Shown here: positions 46,395 to 49,546 of the stretch, in pieces
Position numbering within the stretch: position 1 is the stretch's first letter
Layout of the letters: the number at the start of each line of letters is the position of its first letter
Position numbers and translations under genes: made by a program
Assembly (NCBI GenBank): GCA_937919155.1
Contig: CALFPM010000178.1
Span: 1 to 49,546 of the forward strand
DNA: 49,546 nt
Source: an uncultured Clostridia bacterium
GTDB lineage: Bacteria; Bacillota; Clostridia; Oscillospirales; Acutalibacteraceae
Direction of reading: 5' to 3'
The notes under the pieces: model-generated
The model's input: only the letters and a program-made list of their open reading frames with translations
The model's database searches: none
What the model was told of the DNA's origin: nothing

Positions 46395-46868
46395 TTATTT
46401 GCGATAAAGGTTTATGATTCGTTTTTTATTGTTTTCTGCGTATTTCATCGATTGATACGCACCGCCGAATTCGTTTTTGACATAAACAACAACCATATCA
46501 GATCGGTCGATCATATCTCGGTTTCTTGCCACAATTGCATATTTAAAATTGCATTCGGCAGATGCTTCGCAGATTTCTATCGAATCATAATAGTTTTCAA
46601 AAGCCTCAGTATTGTTTCGAAGCTCTGCTGTTTCATAAGGTAATACAAGGGTGAGATAAATGTTTTCTTTGCCCGTTTCTTTTTTAAGCCTGCGGATAAC
46701 CGAAGCTGCCATCTGATCAAAATCTCCGTTTCTGCCGACGAGAAACTCAACCTCTCTGTTTTCTTTTTGCATTATAATGCGCAAAAGTTCATAGAGTTTG
46801 CTTTCGACGGCGTTATAATCTTCAATTATTCTGTGCCCGAAAAGACTGACGGTATATTTCTCTTTCAT
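46395..46868 (-). CDS. SLOG-superfamily (YspA/DUF1273-like) protein
   Basis: VSLFGHR, FLVG..GDFD.MAA, LVLPY, RNRDMIDRSD.VVVY and GGAY..MKYA. Confidence 0.72.
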   Translation of the reverse strand: MKEKYTVSLFGHRIIEDYNAVESKLYELLRIIMQKENREVEFLVGRNGDFDQMAASVIRRLKKETGKENIYLTLVLPYETAELRNNTEAFENYYDSIEICEASAECNFKYAIVARNRDMIDRSDMVVVYVKNEFGGAYQSMKYAENNKKRIINLYRK

Positions 46869-46928
46869 TTTCTCTCACCCAAAGGTTATTGCCGATGCAC
46901 CAAAGCACATCGGCAAAATTTAATTTGT

Positions 46929-47312
46929 TTAGCAGCAAACGATATAATCACTGGTTATCAATGATGATTTTACATAGTCGCATCTGCTGCAGGTTTCAAC
47001 ATCAAAAGTTTCACGAAGGCATCGGGGTGAAGTCGCTTTGGCTTTGTGTGTTACTGCATTGACAACAGATGATTCAATTTTGTGACCGAAAAGGGTGCAG
47101 GTAAGTCCGTATGTGGTTGCACCCTCATCATCGTGATTAAAATAGTGAGCGATAAACTTATTGCGAAAGTCTTCGGTTGTATCTGCATCAAAAACAAAAA
47201 CGGTTTCGTTAACGGTAACTGTGATTTCGTTTGCTTCATCAGCATAAGCAGCTATGGACATTGTTGAAAACAGCGAAACAACAACAAGAATAAGTGCAAG
47301 TATTTTCTTCAT
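46929..47312 (-). CDS. Small secreted Cys-rich protein
   Basis: Signal peptide MKKILALILVVVSLF...AYA; CTLFGH, C, CSRC and terminal CC. Confidence 0.78.
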   Translation of the reverse strand: MKKILALILVVVSLFSTMSIAAYADEANEITVTVNETVFVFDADTTEDFRNKFIAHYFNHDDEGATTYGLTCTLFGHKIESSVVNAVTHKAKATSPRCLRETFDVETCSRCDYVKSSLITSDYIVCC

Positions 47313-47313
47313 A

Positions 47314-48117
47314 TCAGTTAATCTCCTTCAGATTTTCAATTATTCTGAAAAGATTATCTTCAGTGTCCGATTTAACTATATAACTGTTGTTTTTATAGAT
47401 AAAATTCGCGTGTATGTATTGCGGAGTTTCTTCATAATATATCAAAAATCCTGCAATTTCTTTTTCTTTGCAGTTTAATTTATAGTCTTGCGATAAGCTA
47501 TCATTAACTTCAATCGTAATACTGTGAATCGGATTATTGCTTTGCAGCACATATCTTTTCGATTCACTATCAATCAGATGCCTGATCTTGATAATCTTTT
47601 CGTTTTCGGGTAACCAAGACGGATATAAAATCTCAATTTCTTCGCTTTCTGCAAGCTCTTCAATTGAAGAATATGTCTTGGTTTCATCAGATTTGTAGAG
47701 TGTTATATCGCCGTATTCCTTCGGGCTTCCTTCAAGCAACTGATGAATAGAGTTGCCTATTTGTCTGAAAATTTCGCTGACGGTATTGCCTGAAGCAACG
47801 GCTATTATACCAAAAAGTGCAACGATTACCGCAAGAATTGCAGCTATAACAGCAAGTCTCTTGGCTCTTAACCTTTTCTTGGCGTATGAGCCTATTGCCG
47901 TTACCTTGCCCTTAAACGGTATTTCGTTAACTCTTTGTTCGATTTCTGCTTTGGTAAGTCTTTGTTTTCCTTCAAGCTCCATGAGAAAATCAACACATTC
48001 CGTTACAAGATCGCTGTCCATTTCCTTATAATCCTTTGAGGTTTCAAGCAGAATTATCGCCATAAGCTTGTCCTTTAAAGACTGTTTTTCGGCACTGAAA
48101 TCTTGTCTGTTTCCCAT
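47314..48117 (-). CDS. Putative anti-sigma factor (single TM, DUF4367-like extracellular domain)
   Basis: Downstream of the ECF sigma gene. Basic stretch plus TM, YPSWLPE motif and C-terminal LFRIIENLK. Start ATG 48117 after GGAGGTG. Confidence 0.72.
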   Translation of the reverse strand: MGNRQDFSAEKQSLKDKLMAIILLETSKDYKEMDSDLVTECVDFLMELEGKQRLTKAEIEQRVNEIPFKGKVTAIGSYAKKRLRAKRLAVIAAILAVIVALFGIIAVASGNTVSEIFRQIGNSIHQLLEGSPKEYGDITLYKSDETKTYSSIEELAESEEIEILYPSWLPENEKIIKIRHLIDSESKRYVLQSNNPIHSITIEVNDSLSQDYKLNCKEKEIAGFLIYYEETPQYIHANFIYKNNSYIVKSDTEDNLFRIIENLKEIN

Positions 48118-48173
48118 GGATTTGTTCACCTCCTGTAGTTATGATTGATAAAACGCAATACCTCCCTTCATGT

Positions 48174-48201
48174 ATATATGACGGGAATTGCATTTTGTCA
48201 C
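48174..48201 (-). promoter_or_regulatory. Putative ECF-sigma promoter (copy 2)
   Basis: GTGACA-N12-CGTCATATAT upstream of the anti-sigma gene. Confidence 0.7.
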
Positions 48202-48230
48202 GCAAAAATTTTATTTTTTTTGAAAAATTT

Positions 48231-48782
48231 TTAGAATCGCATAAAAAGAAGCAGAATTGCCATGAATATGAAGGCTGCTTTCTCTTTGATTTTCAATCTC
48301 AGTCTGTAAACTCTTGCCCTGACTGCGTGTTCGGAAATATCAAAAGCCTTTGCCAATTCTTTGTATTCCATATGTTTGGTGTAAACCATTTCAAAAAGCT
48401 CAAGTTCTTTTTCGCTTAATGAAGAAAGGATGCTCTTCTTCTTTTCCTCAAGTTCTTCCGGAGTCACCTTATTATCTTCTTCCATTTCATAAAGGATATC
48501 CGTGCTTGTTTGCGAAGCGAAAACCGTTCCGTAAATAAGCTCTTTTTCTCTCTTGGCAATAGCTCTGAACTGTTCTTTTATCTTGTTGTTGGCAACTTTA
48601 TAGAGCCAAGCTTTTATGTATTCATCTTCAAGACCTTCATATTTTTCTTGAAATAAAAGAAAAACCTCCTGAGTAACATCAGCAACATTTTCTTCCTTTT
48701 TCAGTCTTGAAAGACAAAGATGATATATGTCGTTATAATATAAATTAGCAATCTCATTTGCTCTCTCATAACTTATCAACAT
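48231..48782 (-). CDS. ECF-family RNA polymerase sigma factor
   Basis: Region 2 (ADVTQEVFL...AWLYKVANN) and region 4 (LSEKELELF...YKELA...SEHAVRARVYRLR). Confidence 0.9.
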   Translation of the reverse strand: MLISYERANEIANLYYNDIYHLCLSRLKKEENVADVTQEVFLLFQEKYEGLEDEYIKAWLYKVANNKIKEQFRAIAKREKELIYGTVFASQTSTDILYEMEEDNKVTPEELEEKKKSILSSLSEKELELFEMVYTKHMEYKELAKAFDISEHAVRARVYRLRLKIKEKAAFIFMAILLLFMRF

Positions 48783-48842
48783 ATATCACCCTTTTTCGTC
48801 AAATTATTTACATATTTGTTTAATTATAACAGTTTAATATGT

Positions 48843-49070
48843 CGATAATAGAGACTAGCATATTATGGAAGTAGCAGAGAGTTTGCGGTTGGTGAAAGCA
48901 AATAAGTAAAGTTAACTTCAGTATCACTAGTCGAGCAGAAGCGATGAATTATAGTAGTTGCTTACGGGGACTGACCGTTAAAAAGGTGGTGTGTGTTGGC
49001 ACATTCTAAAATATAAGTGGTGACTTAGGCTCCAAGGCAAAGTTCTTATATTTTGCTTTGGGGCTTTTTC
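48843..49070 (+). promoter_or_regulatory. T-box riboswitch (Ile specifier) with terminator
   Basis: Stem I GACTAG/CTAGTC; AGAGA and GGTTGGTGAAAG apical motifs; ATC specifier at 48923-48925; AAGTGGT T-box; terminator CCAAGGCAAA/TTTGCTTTGG plus T-run; precedes ileS. Confidence 0.85.
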
Positions 49071-49142
49071 TATTTTTTGCTAGTTTATAAAAGGTGGAGT
49101 TAGTCGTTTATATTCAAGAGTAAATATTCAAGGAGAAATAAA

Positions 49143-49270
49143 ATGTATAAAAAAGTTGATACGAAGCTTGATTTTGCAGGCAGAGAACCAGAAGTTGTTA
49201 AATTTTGGAAAGACAACGATTTAATCAAGAAAATGATTGAAAAAAACAAAAACGAGCTTACCAAAACATT
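49143..49270 (+). CDS. ileS: Isoleucyl-tRNA synthetase, N-terminal fragment only (similarity lost at ~49270)
   Basis: MYKKVDTKLDFAGREPEVVKFWKDNDLIKK after an AAGGAG RBS and an Ile T-box. The expected DGPP motif never appears. Confidence 0.75.
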
Positions 49271-49370
49271 TCAGATAGGTATCACCTGTCCAGTTTCCGT
49301 TTCCATCGTTCAGAGTCAGGGTACCCAAGCCCTGTTTCTTGAGCACAGCATTGCCAGCGATACTACCAGG
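49270..49370 (-). other. Fragment resembling an autotransporter-associated beta-strand repeat (PATR)
   Basis: GSIAGNAVLKKQGLGTLTLNDGNGNWTGDTYL fits the LxKxGxGTLTL...xTG pattern. Confidence 0.55.
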
Positions 49371-49546
49371 CTTTTTCTTATCGCTCTTAACTGCCTTCTC
49401 AAGATACTCAGCAGTTGCTGCAGCTCTCTCTGCTTCGGGAAGAGCCTCAACAGCCTTCTTCTCCTTCTTGGTAAGACCGAAGCCCTCGGTGAAGATGTTG
49501 TGGGGCTTGCCCATGTGAGAGCAAAGAACTACCTTTGCACCCTGAT
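49371..49546 (-). CDS. pgk: Internal fragment of phosphoglycerate kinase
   Basis: QGAKVVLCSHMGKP matches the PGK GAKVILxSHLGRP motif, followed by a helical insertion. The sequence breaks off before the expected SLxPVA. Confidence 0.7.

Larger units (their letters stand above)
37829..48835. mobile_element. Integrative element inserted in spoVT (left junction ~37829; right boundary not located)
   Basis: Serine recombinase abuts the interrupted spoVT. Composition shifts to AT-rich. Cargo includes further recombinases and a defence-like gene. The 5' part of spoVT was not found in the window, so the right end is a guess. Confidence 0.6.

Noticed and set aside
49221..49514. 97-aa minus-strand ORF as a real gene
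   Set aside because: It is a pgk internal fragment, a PATR-like fragment and antisense ileS joined together.

Overview
Chromosomal segment of a spore-forming Clostridia-type (probably Oscillospirales-like) bacterium. Positions ~290-37830 hold moderate-GC core and metabolic genes: galU, a PI-PLC-like gene, fucose catabolism (fucU, kinase, fucI), an ABC exporter, a purple-acid-phosphatase-like gene, and a nifS-thiI-cinA-sortaseB-sortaseB-SpoIID-like run. This part also carries SodC-like, pduL, SEDS/bPBP, cysK, a Gfo/Idh/MocA plus TIM-barrel sugar cluster, an M28 peptidase and a cation:proton antiporter. From ~37829 rightwards lies an AT-richer integrative element inserted inside the sporulation regulator gene spoVT. 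Its large serine recombinase reads in frame through the junction into the 3' 149 codons of spoVT. The element also carries a catalytic-domain-only paralog of that recombinase and a frameshifted tyrosine recombinase, which is flanked by five co-oriented AAAGTATGTAAGA sites and preceded by a long run of abutting hairpins. A metallophosphoesterase-STAND NTPase (candidate anti-phage gene) followed by a structured inverted repeat and an ECF sigma/anti-sigma locus come next. Other notable items are a circularly permuted SpoIID/LytB domain fused to a degenerate CinA-like module and two families of intergenic palindromic repeats. Both window ends look chimeric (YhaM/DUF2628 join; ileS/PATR/pgk joins). 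No rRNA, tRNA or CRISPR array was seen. All family calls come from motif recognition by eye, not from database searches.
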